From the NCBI RefSeq assembly GCF_048593235.1, contig NC_133618.1, positions 274,251,882 through 274,315,881 of the forward strand: DNA of 64,000 nt, in the 5' to 3' direction. The notes under the pieces are model-generated. The model was not told the origin of the DNA and ran no database searches. It saw nothing but the letters and a program-made list of their open reading frames with translations. Below, one piece after another: positions 63,832-64,000 of this stretch (position 1 is the stretch's first letter; the number at the start of each line of letters is the position of its first letter). Position numbers and translations under genes: made by a program. This DNA is from Sminthopsis crassicaudata (lineage: Eukaryota).

Positions 63832-64000
63832 TAAAGACATTTTCAAAAACAGCCTTATTGAATTCATAGTAACTTTGGGAGAAGAGGAAGTGATTTATTT
63901 ATTTTTTTAATGTTAAAAAGGTATCTCCTTACACAAAAGGTTACGAATAACTGCTCTAGAACAGAGTTAATGTGGGGTTTGTTATTTTGGCTTAAAAAAA

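Overview
Eukaryotic genomic DNA from an Australian marsupial, probably a dasyurid (inferred from young WSINE1-like SINEs, MAR1, marsupial L1 3' ends and RTE-derived SINEs). It is syntenic with the human 15q15.3 block. Seven genes alternate strand strictly: CATSPER2(-), PDIA3(+), ELL3(-), SERF2(+), SERINC4(-), HYPK(+) and the last three coding exons of MFAP1(-). I traced every coding exon by hand (splice sites, phase, translation); all complete genes can be spliced into intact ORFs. Most ORFs in the supplied six-frame track are exon read-throughs or GC-rich/low-complexity shadows. Main oddities: (1) a 505-bp TG...CA LTR-like element with a 6-bp TSD that carries a tRNA-Lys primer-binding site inside it plus tandem U5-like extensions; (2) a U12-type minor intron just before S1 of CATSPER2; (3) a CATSPER2 start-codon anomaly; (4) a dual-frame SERF2 last exon with tandem acceptors; (5) a phase-compatible SERF2-HYPK chimeric ORF spanning SERINC4; (6) a SINE-derived consensus CTCF site; (7) a back-to-back poly(A) signal pair between HYPK and MFAP1. 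No CRISPR, rRNA or tRNA genes were seen. Comparisons with human proteins are from memory, not database searches.
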